NCBI RefSeq assembly: GCF_009914755.1
Contig: NC_060927.1
Strand: one strand, 5' to 3'
Length of the DNA: 64,000 nt
Origin: the human T2T-CHM13v2.0 reference genome, Homo sapiens
Shown: positions 1 through 17,257 of the stretch, in pieces
How positions within the stretch are numbered: the stretch's first letter is position 1
Layout: each line of letters opens with the position of its first letter
The notes under the pieces: generated by a model
What the model saw: the letters and a program-made list of their open reading frames with translations, nothing else
The model's database searches: none
Told to the model about the DNA's origin: nothing
Translations under genes and position numbers: made by a program

Positions 1-84
1 GCATCTAGCTGAGTTCCCTAAACATAGAAAATGTTCAATGTAAATTTAGCAAAAGAATGGGTGAATGAAAGAATACAATTTTCT

Positions 85-392
<308 letters not shown>

Positions 393-1729
393 CACTGTAT
401 TAAAATGAATCATTTTCATCCTATGATTTTACTACAATTTGAAATCCATTGTCAATCAGGCTTTGCAAAATAGGTAATATGCCTCCCTATAAAGAGATCA
501 TAACAAATGTGCCTTTGAAGAACCTGAGAAAAAAGGGACCTGTGCTCAAGTAAGCGTTACATACCATATCTTGTCTCCGTAACACTTAGAAGCTTCTCTG
601 TGAGTAGAAAGGATCATTTTAGAGTGTGAGGCAAAGTAAGGTGTTCACAGCAACAGATATGTTTAAAATGTTTCATTCAGGCTGAGCAATGACCTGTCTC
701 AATCAAACCACCATTGCCAACCTTCTTGTTCCATCATCACTTTGTTACGGAGACATACGATGACTTACTCAGGGAGAAATCTTTGCTTTTATCTGATCCT
801 CGGCTGAATCTTGTCTGCATATTGTTCCTTTGCTTTTACTGTTTTTCTCTCTGTGACTATGGAATTTTCCCTTTGGTTTCTCTTCAAGGGGTCCTCGTGT
901 TTAAGGGGTGAGGGAATGATTGTCTACTGCAGTCTGCCTTAATAAAAGTGGCAAGCTCTTGGCTTCCCCGTGGTATGGCTCTATCCACCACGGGGGCAGA
1001 GCTTAACTACACCATGTAGATGTGCCTGCCAGTCAGGGACCGCTGTAACTGTCGCCCCTTACGTGTGCTGTGTGCCCTACCGGGCTTCCCCAGAGAATGG
1101 TGACAACCAAGGCAAGGTAAACCCTGTTCCATGTTAACTGGGAGCGCAGAATTCCTTTAAAGTCAAACTTTGCGAACAAGAATAATCTTGAAAAAGACCC
1201 TTTAGGCGCAAATCAACGCTCAAGAACGTTGCCAATCACTTGTAACCTCCTTAGGCATTTCACGGATGTGTTATTTATGCTCAAGGAGGGGTCTCCTTTC
1301 AGCCCGGCAACCCAAATCTTTGCTCTGTGCTTCGGACTCAGTGGGGGCTTGTCGGATGAGCCACTGGGAAAATATGCGTCCCCTCACTTCTCCTTAATCA
1401 ACTAAGGTCACCTTGACGGAGCGCTTCCCTGTCCCTCTGGGGCTACCTCTGTGGTACCCTGACCTGTCCCTCTACGAGAAATTCTCTACCTGTTCTGGAG
1501 GTTTCCTGGGAATCCCGGGTTCCTAGCTCCCTGGACCTGCCTGCAAGCAGAAATATCCGCCGGTCTCCACCCCCCACCCCCAAACTCTGGGACAGCAGTG
1601 GGTACTGCACTAGCCATTAATGGCCATCATCTATTTTTAATCGGAAGATCACAAGAAAGATGGTAAGCGAATCCCAGTCGCAAGTCAATTTAAATAACAT
1701 TCCTGGGGAAATCCAATCACTTAAAACGG

Positions 1730-3520
<1,791 letters not shown>

Positions 3521-5945
3521 GCGGCAGACCCCCCAAAATCCCTCAGTGTCTTCCTGATCTAGCAAATAGTCACAGCTGGTGTTTCACAATTAGGTGGAGT
3601 GCGGGGAGTGGGCTAGGGGGGACACCTGTGATACAAGGTTAGCTGCTGTACCTACTCAGGGAACAGCAACCATGTATATCCATTCGGCTGGACTTTTGAT
3701 TGTTCAATAACTGAGGAGGTATTTATATTTATTTGTCTTTTATTCTAATATTTTTACCATGCATTGAACGCAACAGGAGGGTATTTCAGCAAATTCACGA
3801 CAAGGTAATCGTCTTATCACTTTTTGTAGGCCATTAATGGTCAGGAAATTGCCCATACTCTGTCATTATTGTTTAATAAATCATTAAATTATTTCATTAA
3901 AAAAGAAAAACAGGTATGGTCAAACGAGGAAGCATATGTGACATAAAAAACATGAAGGATATCTTATTTTCACTATTTGAGAAGAATATATTTTATTTTT
4001 AGTACTGTGGCATAATATATAACTTTTTATAATAATAACTGTATGCATTATGTAGTATAGCTTTTAATTGTATCATTCATCACAGTTATATGTAAAAATA
4101 ATTGACATGTATATGCCATACCATGAAGCATATGATGTTGTGCACTTTCTCCTCCATTTTTCATTTGGAATACATTCCACAACATGATCCAAAACATAAG
4201 AACTTACGACTTGTAACTCGTTTAAAGCCATTAATTGTGCAGTAATGTGCTACAGGATTCAATCAGCTTCTCTTAAGAAACAAGTGTCATTGTATCAGTT
4301 TCCTGTTCTGTGACACGCCCTTTAAAAGTAAAAGATAATATAACATATTTTAATACATTGTGTGTAATGTACATATGCATATTGTCTATGTACTATATAC
4401 ACATTGTTTATAATATTGTTATTACAGTTTGTCATTCACCTGAAAGGAGAAGGAAAAGTACGAAAGGTTTCTCTGCTTGGGAAAAGGTGAATGTTGTTAT
4501 ATCAAGAACGATTACACACATGGATCTCATACATGTTTTTAGAACATTGTTCTTCTGATTGAAGAAGTCTGATGCTCCTGAAAAATCTTAAAATATCTGA
4601 CTTGTATTGAAGAAAATTATTTAATTAAATTTTTAAAGGCTGGTTGAAAAAGTCTGACAGTTCTGAGAATTTTTTAAATGTCTGAATTGTAATAAAAAAA
4701 TGGTTTACTTTAAACTTCTAAAAACTAATGACCTTGTGACTAAAGAAAAATCATTTGAAGTGTATTAAAAAATAGCAAAACATTAAAATCTTTTCTCTGT
4801 GCAAATTTTATCAGATGTGTGGCTATATGGTAGTGTATCAAAATATGAAATATGTCTATTTGTCATTTAAAGCAATTTGAGCTGTGAATTGACAAAAGTA
4901 TCAGGAGTTGAGGCTATATCAGTTGAGAATGGTACAAAATTTAATTACATTATATAGATAATCACATATTAATGTTACTCAAATACCGTGTATTTTTGTT
5001 ATATGTGGCTATCAATACTACTCACCATTCAAACAAACTGGAAAGTTGCCATATTTTAAAAAATAATTTATTCTTTGAGGTTACACTGTTTTACACAGTT
5101 CACAAATGTTACCTGTATCTGAAACATCAACCTAAATATCCAAATACCTGTGCCAGTATATGAAGCATAGTCTATATGTTGTTACCATAACATCTTAAAG
5201 AAATTCAACAAAATCCTATGAAAAATACTTACAATACGGATCAAGTATATTTCTCTTTTATCAACTATGGAATATTTCTCTCCCTAAAATCTAGAATGTT
5301 TATAAAGTGGTAATTACACTTGATACCAATCACACAATGAGGTTCTACTGAATTTTAAAATGACAAGTTTTCACCTGTTTTTTATCTGCCCAACCCACAA
5401 GCTTTTATTCACATCCCTCAGTTCAATAGAAATGAGTTTGACTCCACAGTGGGGTTTTTTTTCTTGCAATCTATTGATTTACCAAGGACAATTTTGTTCA
5501 GGCATAATTGTGTGGAAAAATTCTTTAAAACAGTATTTTATTAATAAATGAGCATGTCTCATGGTAATATATACACATATAACACACCATATTAACACAC
5601 ACAGAACCTGTGTGTTTATAACCTGCATTGCCTGGATAGAAACATTTTTAAAGCAGTAAAGGCAGTATCTGGGTGTTAAGTTTTATAGATTTCACTTGGA
5701 AATTATTATATAGACAGAACCTATTATATATAATTGCATGTGTTTATTAATATAGAAAATAGTTATCCTGTTACCTGAAAAAAACTCACAAAGAAATGAT
5801 TTTACTTCTTTTTAATATTCTGTAGTAAAAGTGGAGGATAGAACATTGTGCTCTTTATATGTAGAATAATACACTATTAACTTATGGCATGACATGTTAA
5901 TGGAATTAAGATGGAACATAAATTTTATGGTATATATATATCTTC

Positions 5946-6261
<316 letters not shown>

Positions 6262-6499
6262 TAACTAAACCCACCTGGGCGTGCAGTGTTTTCCAGTACC
6301 AAGTGAGCTTTTGCTCCTGGTTTTCAGTTATCAAAGTAATTCGAATACTAAAACATTTTAAGCACATTTTATTTTCACTGACTTCTCAAGAGTAGGGAAA
6401 TAATGGTCCTGCATATTGTAATCCATCTGGAATGCAAAAAACATGATTGATTTTCTAAATTTAGGTGCTAGATATATAAATATGTATATTGTGTATGTA

Positions 6500-6824
6500 C
6501 AGTTGGTTCTCCTGTATCTGTGGGTTCTGCATCTGCAGATGCAACCAACTGCAGGTAGAAAATGTATTTTTTTAATTTTTTGAAAATATTTTTAAGAAAG
6601 AAAATATAACATTTAAAACTGCAAATTAATAATACGTTATAGCAACTATTTACATAACATTTATATTGTATTAAGTGTTATAAGTCATCTAGAGGCGATG
6701 TAAAGTATATGGGATGATATGCATAGGTTATATGCAAATACTACACCACTTTATATCAGGGAGCTGATTTTGACCTTTGCAGGGGGTCCTAAAACCAATC
6801 TCTATGGATACCTAGGGATGACTG
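6500..6824. mobile_element. Tigger3/MER7-like non-autonomous DNA transposon
   Basis: TA-flanked ends CAGTTGGTTCTCCTGTATC ... GGATACCTAGGGATGACTG resembling Tigger terminal inverted repeats. Confidence 0.75.

Positions 6825-6826
<2 letters not shown>

Positions 6827-6856
<30 letters not shown>
6827..6856. repeat. (GT)15 microsatellite
   Basis: Direct reading. Confidence 0.97.
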
Positions 6857-6859
<3 letters not shown>

Positions 6860-7749
6860 CACCAGTTGATTACAAGCAATTTGTTATGGGTGTTCAATAT
6901 CATAACCAAGGGGAAAATGTCTTCTTGAGATAGAATGATAGTTTTAAGAGGCCATTAATTGCTACATTCTGCAAATGTGAGTATGCTTCAACCATGGAAA
7001 ATGGGCATTGGCAATTATGTCAAAGGGCATGAAATGTACTCTATAAGGAAAACAAGATTCAATTGTAAAGGCCAGAGGGAATATTAAGGAAACGGACTCA
7101 GTTAACAATTTGAAAGGCAATATGCTAAGTACCTTAATGTTGTACTTTTTGTATACAGTTTCTCTCAAGTGGAATTAATAAAGGAAACAATTCAAAGCTG
7201 AAACTCATATAAACATGAATATGATGTCTAGATTTATACAATATTCTGATCTGACTTTTATTAAAAATTTTATGAATTGTAATTAATTTGGGTTTCCAGC
7301 TTGAGAGAAATAATGATGTATGTTGAGTTTTATTTTGAGCAACAAACATTAACCATCTCTTCAAAAGTGTAAGTTTCCTAAACCAATCAATAGTAGAATA
7401 TTTGGCAAGTTCATATCTGACCTCAGTAGTTTACAATTTACTTTTTCATTCTCCTTTCATGCATTGATGAAAAGACTAATAACTAAGGGTAACTAATAAC
7501 TAAGGATAAACTAAGGGAAGGTATTTTGTCAACCAAGGAATGAATCAGCAACAGCTAATGGCAAAAACTTAAGCCATTCTTTCTTCCACATGGGTAATAC
7601 CAGAAAAGTTACAGTATTCCTTTGTAAAATTTTGCCTGTAAAAATAATCAAATATCAAGTAAAACCAATACTTTTGTCATACTTAATTACATGTAGAACC
7701 TAATTTTATTATTCATTTATTCATTTTTATTTACAGAACTCACTTTTTA

Positions 7750-8062
<313 letters not shown>

Positions 8063-9554
8063 CACTTTTATTAATTTTATGGCAAAAATTATATGATGGT
8101 GGAGATACTTATGTTTGTCGCCAAACCAAACAGTATTTTTATCCCCTCTTCAGCTTCTTAGCTAAGTATCTTGTCTGATATCTTGCCGTTCTTACTTTCT
8201 TTTTGTGTGGTTGTTCTTATCCTGCTTGTCACATCTCTTAGAACTCCATGTTATTCTGCTGTGCTTTCATCTCTCTCTGGTATGGCTTCACCTTTTGCAC
8301 AGTTTCTTCTTTTGGTAAAATGGTATTTTCCAACGTACTTCCTTTGTTTTCTCTTTGCATCCGACTTCTGTAGCTTTTCCATGTTGATCCAGGCATGGTT
8401 TTTCCTCTTTATCCACTAAAGGACTGTAAACTTTTTTTATTTGTTATTATCTATGGAGTTTTTCTCTGTGATGCCGGACAAACAAATCTTTTCATGTGTC
8501 CAGCAAGGATTGTTCTAAATCTCAAATGTAATAGATCCAGATGTACTACTACCTCTTTATCTTCTGCTTTCTCACCTGGATTTTCCTGAAGGGATTATCA
8601 GCACTTTTCTCCCCATCTTTCCCCAAAGACGTGTTCTCTGCTATATTAGGACAAATAATTAGACCCTTGCATTTTAGTAATGACAGGGATCTTATTTTGG
8701 CTTCCAAACCTCAAGCATATTCTTTCTTCATGGACTATTACATCTTTCTACTCGATTTTTTTCTCACAGGCATCACTGTGGTATCCTCTATGTGTGTCAC
8801 TTTTTGTGAGTAATGATCACCTGTTTTCTTACTATCCTTGCTCACAGACATTCTATTTGTTGTACTAGTTAAAAGATCATATCCTCTATCTTTGTAGGAA
8901 AGACCTCATTTGAGTCACTGGACCTCAAAGGTAACTTGATTTACAATTGATTGCTCTATCTTTTATAACATTCTTACGGGTTTTTTGCATGGGCTCCTCT
9001 TAAACTTCCTCTGCATATGGTATCTCTTTTACTGGGTAGACTAGAAAATATCTCTACCTTTACATTTCTTTTATTCCTGCTTGCAGATATAATCTTGAAG
9101 TTATGCCTCGAATCCCCACTGTATTAGGACCTTATCTGAAGAACTATCAATAGTTTTATTTTCTGCCTCTTTGTTGCCTAAGTTAGTTTCATCAGACAGA
9201 GGATTAGAACCTTCCAGATTACTCCTGTTTCATTTTGGTTTGTGTGAAGTTTTTCTTCTGTATTGACCAAAGATACCACCGGATAAAAATTAATTTTGAT
9301 TATTTTTCTAAGTCTTAAAAATATCTTCTTTCCATTTGTAGATTTAAATTTTTATTGCAAATTCTTCATTAGTTTGTCATTCTTTTCCATGTGTATAATC
9401 CCTGTTGAACTAGCCAAACCATCAGATTCCTGAAGATTTATACCAGTTTTACGTTCTCCCATCTCACTAACCCCCTCCGCACCCCCCCACCCCCCACTAT
9501 GTTACACTCACTGTCTTTTGTTTCATAGCTCCATGTTCTGAGTTTTTCTCTTAG

Positions 9555-9867
<313 letters not shown>

Positions 9868-10016
9868 ATCTTCACAATATTCTTTTAAACTTTATTTACT
9901 TGAATCTTTTCTGTTGATGTAAGCAACTGAGACTCTTGCAGTTTTTATCAGTTCTGTATTTGGGTCTAGGATGTGGGGACATTCTCTGACTCAGCGTTTT
10001 TGAAAATTAAGCTTAT

Positions 10017-10304
<288 letters not shown>

Positions 10305-10730
10305 TTATATTCCTTTATATTAATTTCTCTTTGCACATATCTGTTTGGCTAGGCAAAGGTTTTAGATTCTTGAAAATCTTTATTTTTTAGGGTAGATCTG
10401 GTTCTTTGACTAGCTCAATCTTGCATGTTCTTTGGCCATGTCTCCAGTTTCAGAAGCATTAGTTTTAGATTCATATTAACAAGGATTACAAAAGAAGTTT
10501 TCTTGACAGATCTCCTGGTCGATTCTTATTTTTGTTCATTGGATCAAACATTTCTTCAAATCCATTATATACTTCCAAACGATGTTTTCGTTTGGGTTCT
10601 GTCATAAGTGTTTTCATTCCAATAAGTCTTCAACTGCACTGTTCTTTTTTCTTGATGGTTTCAATAAGTTACTGATAACTCTTGCTTGCGTCAATGTTTT
10701 CTTTTGGTGTTTTAAAAAGTTCCATATGAT

Positions 10731-11235
10731 TGTAATCATAATTGGTTCATCGCCTGATGCACAAGGGAGTTAATATGCAGAGACACCTGGTTGCAGCAGA
10801 GAAAGAGGTTTAATCATAGGGCCACCAAACAGAAGAGGAGATGAGAGAAAACCTCAAATCTGTCTCCCTGAGGATTTTGGTTTTGGAGTGGGCCAAAGTG
10901 TTGAGCTCGTTGATTGGTCAGAGTACAAAGGTGTGGTCATGGGGCAGCATCAGTATTCTTATGCTCATTTGGGTCCTCTGTGGTGGTCTTCAAACTGGTT
11001 GTCTCAGCTGTACTTCTGGAATTTAGGATCTGCTGAAGCAATTCTTAAACAAGAGTTTTATCATTTAAAGATCAGAAGTCCTATTTATGGAAAGAATGGG
11101 GATGCAACTGGTTAGTATCTAGTGCCACCCTGACTTTTGATTACAAGGAAGTGGGCCAAAGTACAGCCTGATTAATGCTTAATTGTAGCTGTATATCTGT
11201 CCAGAATTCTTGTTAACGCTGTAAGGAGGGCTTCA
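10731..11235 (-). mobile_element. Solo ERV1-class LTR (MER4-group like; subfamily uncertain)
   Basis: TG...CA bounded ~500 bp; GTTGCAGCAGAGAAAGAGGTTTAAT...GAAAACCTCAAATCTGTCTCCCTGAGG typical of reverse ERV1 LTRs. Confidence 0.65.
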
Positions 11236-11377
11236 TGGTCAGTTGACTAACCTTAAAAAAAGTTTTGTATGGTCTTCCACATCTTCTTTTGATTGAAAAC
11301 TTGTACAATCAAATTTGAACTCTAAATAAAATCTCTGTATGTTCTATATATTTTTTTCTAGTGCTTGGCTTTCTTGA

Positions 11378-11728
<351 letters not shown>

Positions 11729-11951
11729 TAGTTCTGTCTAATATAGTTGAATGCGTACTAAGGGTTTCCTATGAGCAAGCTTTTTAGAATTTGGAGTTTC
11801 TAAGATTCTATAAGCATTGGAATGTCTGCCAGATCTTCTACTAGATATACCTTAGAAATTTTCAAAAGTGTCTTGATGCCTGTAAAATTTTCTACCGATT
11901 CACATCTCCACAAAAGAGTTGTCATGAGGTTCTTGACACTTGTCAAATCTT

Positions 11952-12256
11952 GGTCAGGTGCAGTGGCTCACATCTGTGATACCAGCACTTTTGGAGGCCA
12001 AGGCAGGTGGTTCGAGACCTGGCCTTGAGGCCAGGCATTCAAGACCAGCCTGGGCAACATGGTGAAACCCCATCTCTACTAAAAATACAAAAATTAGCCA
12101 GTGTAATGGTGCACACCTGTAATCCCAGGTACTCAGGAGGATGAGGCATGAGAATCTCTCGAACCCAGAAAGCGGAGGTTACAGTGAACCAAGACAGCAC
12201 CAGTGCACTCCAGCCTGAGCGACAAAGTGAGACTGTCTCAAGAAAGAAAAAAAAAA
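11952..12256 (+). mobile_element. Alu (diverged, AluJ/S)
   Basis: Alu body and A-rich tail. Confidence 0.92.
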
Positions 12257-12384
12257 TATTCTCCTTGTTTTCTTTTTTTTTTCTAGTGGAAACAGAATCC
12301 AACTGGGCTTTATTTTACTTTTATTCCTTTTACAAATATTTCTTGAGAACATACTAAGTTCAAGTCACCGTTTTCATCTTTTTC

Positions 12385-12569
12385 ATTTTTTTACATTTTA
12401 GTTGACATATAATAATTGTACATATTTATGAGATACATAGTGATGTTATGATACCTATAATGTGTGGTGACCAGACCAGGGTAATTAGCAGATCATCATC
12501 TCAAACATTTATCATTTGTTTGTGTTGGGGACATTCAGTATCCTCCTTCTAGCTATTTGAAACTATTTA

Positions 12570-12572
<3 letters not shown>
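12385..12572 (-). mobile_element. L1 (L1MA-like) 3' end fragment
   Basis: TTTTAGTTGACATATAATAATTGTACATATTTATG...CATCATCTCAAACATTTATCATT typical of a reverse L1M 3' end. Confidence 0.7.
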
Positions 12573-12621
<49 letters not shown>

Positions 12622-12725
12622 TTGCTATGTTGCTCAGGCTAGTCTCCAACTCCTTTACTCAAGTGATCCTCCAACCTTGGCCTCCCGAAGTGCTGGGATT
12701 ACAGACGTCAACGACTGCGCCGGCC
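12573..12725 (-). mobile_element. (GT)n microsatellite plus Alu left monomer (FLAM-like)
   Basis: About 24 GT units followed by a reverse Alu monomer. Confidence 0.85.
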
Positions 12726-13829
12726 TTTATTTCTTTAGGAGTTTTGGTCTATTGGTGCCTGTCAGGTCTTCCATGGGTTCAATCTTTTTCACAGAAGTTC
12801 TTAGAAATTTCTTGATTGTTGTAAGAAGTCCAGCTGATTCGCACTGAGCCCTGGGTACTGTCCCAAGTTTCTTGTTGATTGTCCTCTGGGTTGGCAATTG
12901 GCTGTGGAGTTTTCCCAAGGCCCTTGGTTTCTGTTGGGTCTTCCGCCAGTTCTGGCTTTTCTTTAGGTATCCTAAACAATCTCTTGCTCCCTGTGAGGTT
13001 TCACCATTTCCACTTGGCAGATCTGGGGTTCTTGTTGCTTTCACTCTCTAGCTGTGCTGTCTGCTTTGGCATTTTCATAAGCCCTTTGATGCCTGTCAGG
13101 TTTTCTTCCTGACTGCATTTTCCCCAGTCATCCCCAGCAGTCTCCTGGGTTTGTGCTTTGAAGTGTTCCTAAACTTTCTGTTGACATCATCAACATTTAT
13201 TTGTTCCTCTAGTTCTTTCGGTGTTTACAGGAGCTCTCTGATAGCTGCCAGTCTTCTGTGGGTTTTGGTTTTATTTTAAGTGTCCTGGCATTTTCATGAG
13301 AATTCTTAGAGTTTCCGCTGGTTCTGTTTTGTGCTTTGGAGTGCTCATAAGATTTCTATGGGTGTTTCACCACTTAATTTGTTCCTCTGGTTCTTTCAGT
13401 GATTGTGGGTGCTCTCTGATACCTGCCAGGTCTTCCACAGCTTTTGCCTTTTCTTCAGCTCTTTTCATCAGTCTCTTGAGGAATGTTAGAGTTTCTATGG
13501 GTTCCCTATTATGCTTTGCAGTGCTCCTAAGATTTTTATGGCTACCTATTTTAGTAAACATCTGTAATCAGTTGTAATTAGTAATTTCATTAGTGAATTC
13601 CTGAAATTTATAGTTGCTGAGTTTGAACTCTGGCAATTCACTTTGATAAGTTAAATATCATTATTTCTAGCTTGCTCTGATTTAACATTCGGTAGCATTT
13701 ACATTTTAGCCTTTCTTCCAAAAAATAAAATATAGGCATTCATCCAACTTTAGATATAAGCTCAACATTTGCTGTGAGGGTGACACTTTTCATTTCTATC
13801 ATGATGACTATAACAAAAATAACTATAAT

Positions 13830-14060
13830 TCACTGAATGAAGACATATGTCAGGCACTGTTCTAGGCACTTTACATGTATTATTTCACTTAAAATTCACA
13901 ACAGGAGGAAGTGAGGATTATTAACCCCATTTTACAGATGAGAAAAGTAGGGCCCCAAGAGGTTGAGTAATGTGCCCAAAGTCACACGACTGATAGGTAG
14001 AAGATCCAGGAAGCTGATCCAGCCTGTTTTACTCCAGAGCTGCTGTTCTCAACCACTCAA
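13830..14060 (-). mobile_element. MIR
   Basis: CCCCATTTTACAGATGAGAAAAGTAGGGCCCCAAGAGGTTGAGTAATGTGCCCAAAGTCACAC core. Confidence 0.8.
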
Positions 14061-14094
14061 TGTCTCAACACACAATTAATTTAACCTTGCAGAA

Positions 14095-14109
<15 letters not shown>

Positions 14110-14128
<19 letters not shown>

Positions 14129-14410
14129 TTTTTTCCTGAGAGTCTTACTCTTTTGCCTAGGCTGGAGTGGAGTAGCACAATCAAGGCTCACTGCAGCCTC
14201 AACCCCCCCAACCCCTGGGGCTCAAGTGATCCTCCCATCTCAGCCTCCCAAGTAGCTGGGACTATAGGTGTGTGCCACCACATCCAGCTAATTTTTGGAT
14301 TTTTTGTAGAGACAGAGTTTCACCATGTTGCCCAGGCTGGAGTCTTGAACTCCTGAGCTCAAGCAATCTGCCTGCCTCGGCCTCCTAAAGTGCTGGGATT
14401 ATAGGCATGG
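14110..14410 (-). mobile_element. Alu (AluJ-like), preceded by (TA)n and poly(T)
   Basis: Reverse Alu body. Confidence 0.92.
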
Positions 14411-14905
14411 TGGCTGTAATTTGCTGTTTAAAGAAACCACTGTTAAAAACACCTTAGGATCTGTGCTGGGAATCTGTAATAATGACTCAAAATTATTTGT
14501 AGGCATGTAGAAATGTTTAATGGATAACATGGATACAATCTGAAATGTTTGACAAAAAACTACTCAGATACTGGTTTGGTTTTTTTGTTTGTGTTTTTCA
14601 TTTTTCCATTTCATTCGGCTAATGGGCCGTTAGTACCAAGCGTGCCTCCTTCCCAGTCTGGCTTAGTTAACTTTAAAAATTGAAAACCATTTCTTTAAAA
14701 TAGCTGGTAAATCTTTTCCAATATTTTAAAAAAGAAACATCAGGGGATTTGTATGCTCAGCATAAAAATGAGAACCATAGAGTCTAACATATCACTAAAT
14801 ACCCAATGGTAGCTAATATCAGAGCAAGGACAAAAATAGCACATTCTTAAATTAAGGTTCTGTTTATATTTTTGTGGTAGAATATGAATGTTAAGACTTC
14901 ATATA

Positions 14906-15206
14906 GGCTGAGTGTGGTGGTTTATGCCTATAATCTAGCACTTTGGGAGGCCAAGGCAAGGACTGCTTGAGCCTAGGAGTTCAAGACCAGCCTGGGCAAC
15001 AAAGTGAGACCCCACCTCTGTGAAAAATACAAAAATTAGCCGAGTGTGGTGATGCACACCTGTAGTCCTAACTATTCAGGAGGATGAGGTGGGAGGATCA
15101 CCGGAGCGCAGGAGATCGAGGCAGCAGTGAGCTATGATCATGCTACTGTATTCCAGCCTGGGCAACAGAAGGAGACTCTGTCAAAAAAAAATAAACAAAC
15201 AAACAA
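14906..15206 (+). mobile_element. Alu (AluJ-like)
   Basis: Alu body; TSD-like ACTTCATATA on both sides. Confidence 0.92.
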
Positions 15207-16226
15207 GAACTTCATATACATAGTGGTTTAGAGTTGGGCTGTGGAGTATGCAGAGTCTGCCTGCCTAGGTAAATCTCTGGTCTCTAGATTTACTAGTTAT
15301 GTGACCGTAAGCCACATAACTTGTTCCTTTGTGCCTGGAACATCAGAATGTATTTCCAGTGCCATTGTACACATACTGGTTGACACTGCATTCTTGGTGT
15401 GAAATTCAAATCTCTTTGTGGAAATTCCAAAACTTTTCTAATTAGTCCTGGACATTAATGATTTGAATTAAGAAGAATAGAAACACATTTATGTAAAACA
15501 AAATATAATTAACTTCACTTAAAAAAGCCTACAAAATGATCTTCATGACTGATTTTGGTTGAAGTGACACACTGAGTTTAAGATTGGGTCAGAAAACAGA
15601 AATAATAGGGTTGGGGCAGGCAAGGAAGGACTAGATGTGACACACTAAATGAGACTGGAGGGGTTGAGTGTGGACACCTTGCTGTTGAGAAGCCAGTGTA
15701 GTGGGCGAATGGTAAGAAGAGCCAGAGAGATTGGCCATGGGAGTCAGACTGGCATACTGGGTCTTGAGGCCACAGAAGTTGTGGCAGGCAGGGAGGTGCA
15801 AAACCTGAAAGCCCTGCTTGTTTTCCCAGTGGGGTGGCCTGGAGCCTGGGGCGGGTCCTCAGCCCTGCTCACCTCCTGTCTGGAAATAAACTCAGTGCTA
15901 TTGGAGGGGCATGTTGGGAGTGAGATGGGCCTTTCGGGCTGCATGGGAGCTGGGTGAGGCCTGTAACTGCTGGCTTTCTCTCACCTTCCTGGTGACCTGC
16001 ATGACACAGCAGACGCAGCCATAATCCCCCTGGGAACATAACTCCATTGGCCTGAGAACCAGACCTCCATCCACCACAGCAGCCGAAGCAAGCCCTGCCC
16101 AAGGAGAGTCTGAGCTCAGACACGCCTATCCCTACCCCGACCTGATGGACTTTCTCTACTGGCCCTGGTAGCTGAAGGCAAAGGACATAATCTCTTGGTA
16201 GCCCTATGGACCCACCCACTGCCTGA

Positions 16227-16611
<385 letters not shown>

Positions 16612-17257
16612 GCTGATGCTCTCTTGAAAGCACCACCTCCTGGCTAGAGGCCAACCAACACAAAACTAGCGCAATAAACAACAACACAACAAAGGACCCT
16701 CACAGAGTCCACTTCACTCTCCTGCTACCTCCACTGGAGCTGGTGCTGGTATCCAAGGCTGAGAGACCTGAAGATGGATCACATCACAAGACGCTTTGCA
16801 GAGACTCCTCAGTACCATGCCAGAACCTGGTAGCTCTGCTGGGCAGCTAGATACAGAAGAGAATTAACAATCACTGTAGTTTGGCTCTCAGGAAGCCTCT
16901 TCTCTGAGCACTCACATCCTCTGAGCACGGGAGCACCGTGTGGGACGAAAGAATCTGAACAGCAGCCCTTGAGCCCCAGATCTTCCCTCTGACAGAGTCT
17001 ACCCAAATGAGAAGGAACCAGAAAAACAATTCTGGTAATATGACAAAACAAGGTTCTTTAACACCCCCAAAAGATCACACTAGCTCACCAGCAATGGATC
17101 CAAACTGAGAAGAAATCTCTGAATTGCCAGAAAAAGAATTCAAAAGGTCAAGTATTAAGCTACTCAAGGAGGCACCAGAAAAAGGTGAATATCAACTCAA
17201 AGAAATTTTTTAAATGCTATAGGATATGGATGGAAAAATCTCCAGAGGAATAGAGAG

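Noticed and set aside
7477-7517. Short ACTAATAACTAAGG tandem copies, and AT-rich repeats at ~60770-60855
   Set aside because: Ordinary slippage-type low-complexity sequence with no further structure
8171-8868. Hydrophobic plus-strand ORFs resembling membrane proteins
   Set aside because: Antisense shadows of the purine-rich minus-strand Ki-67-like coding sequence
14600-15450. Short exon-like non-repeat stretches as possible upstream Ki-67 exons (FHA, RVSF, GHANSP)
   Set aside because: Manual translation showed none of these motifs; unsupported without a profile search
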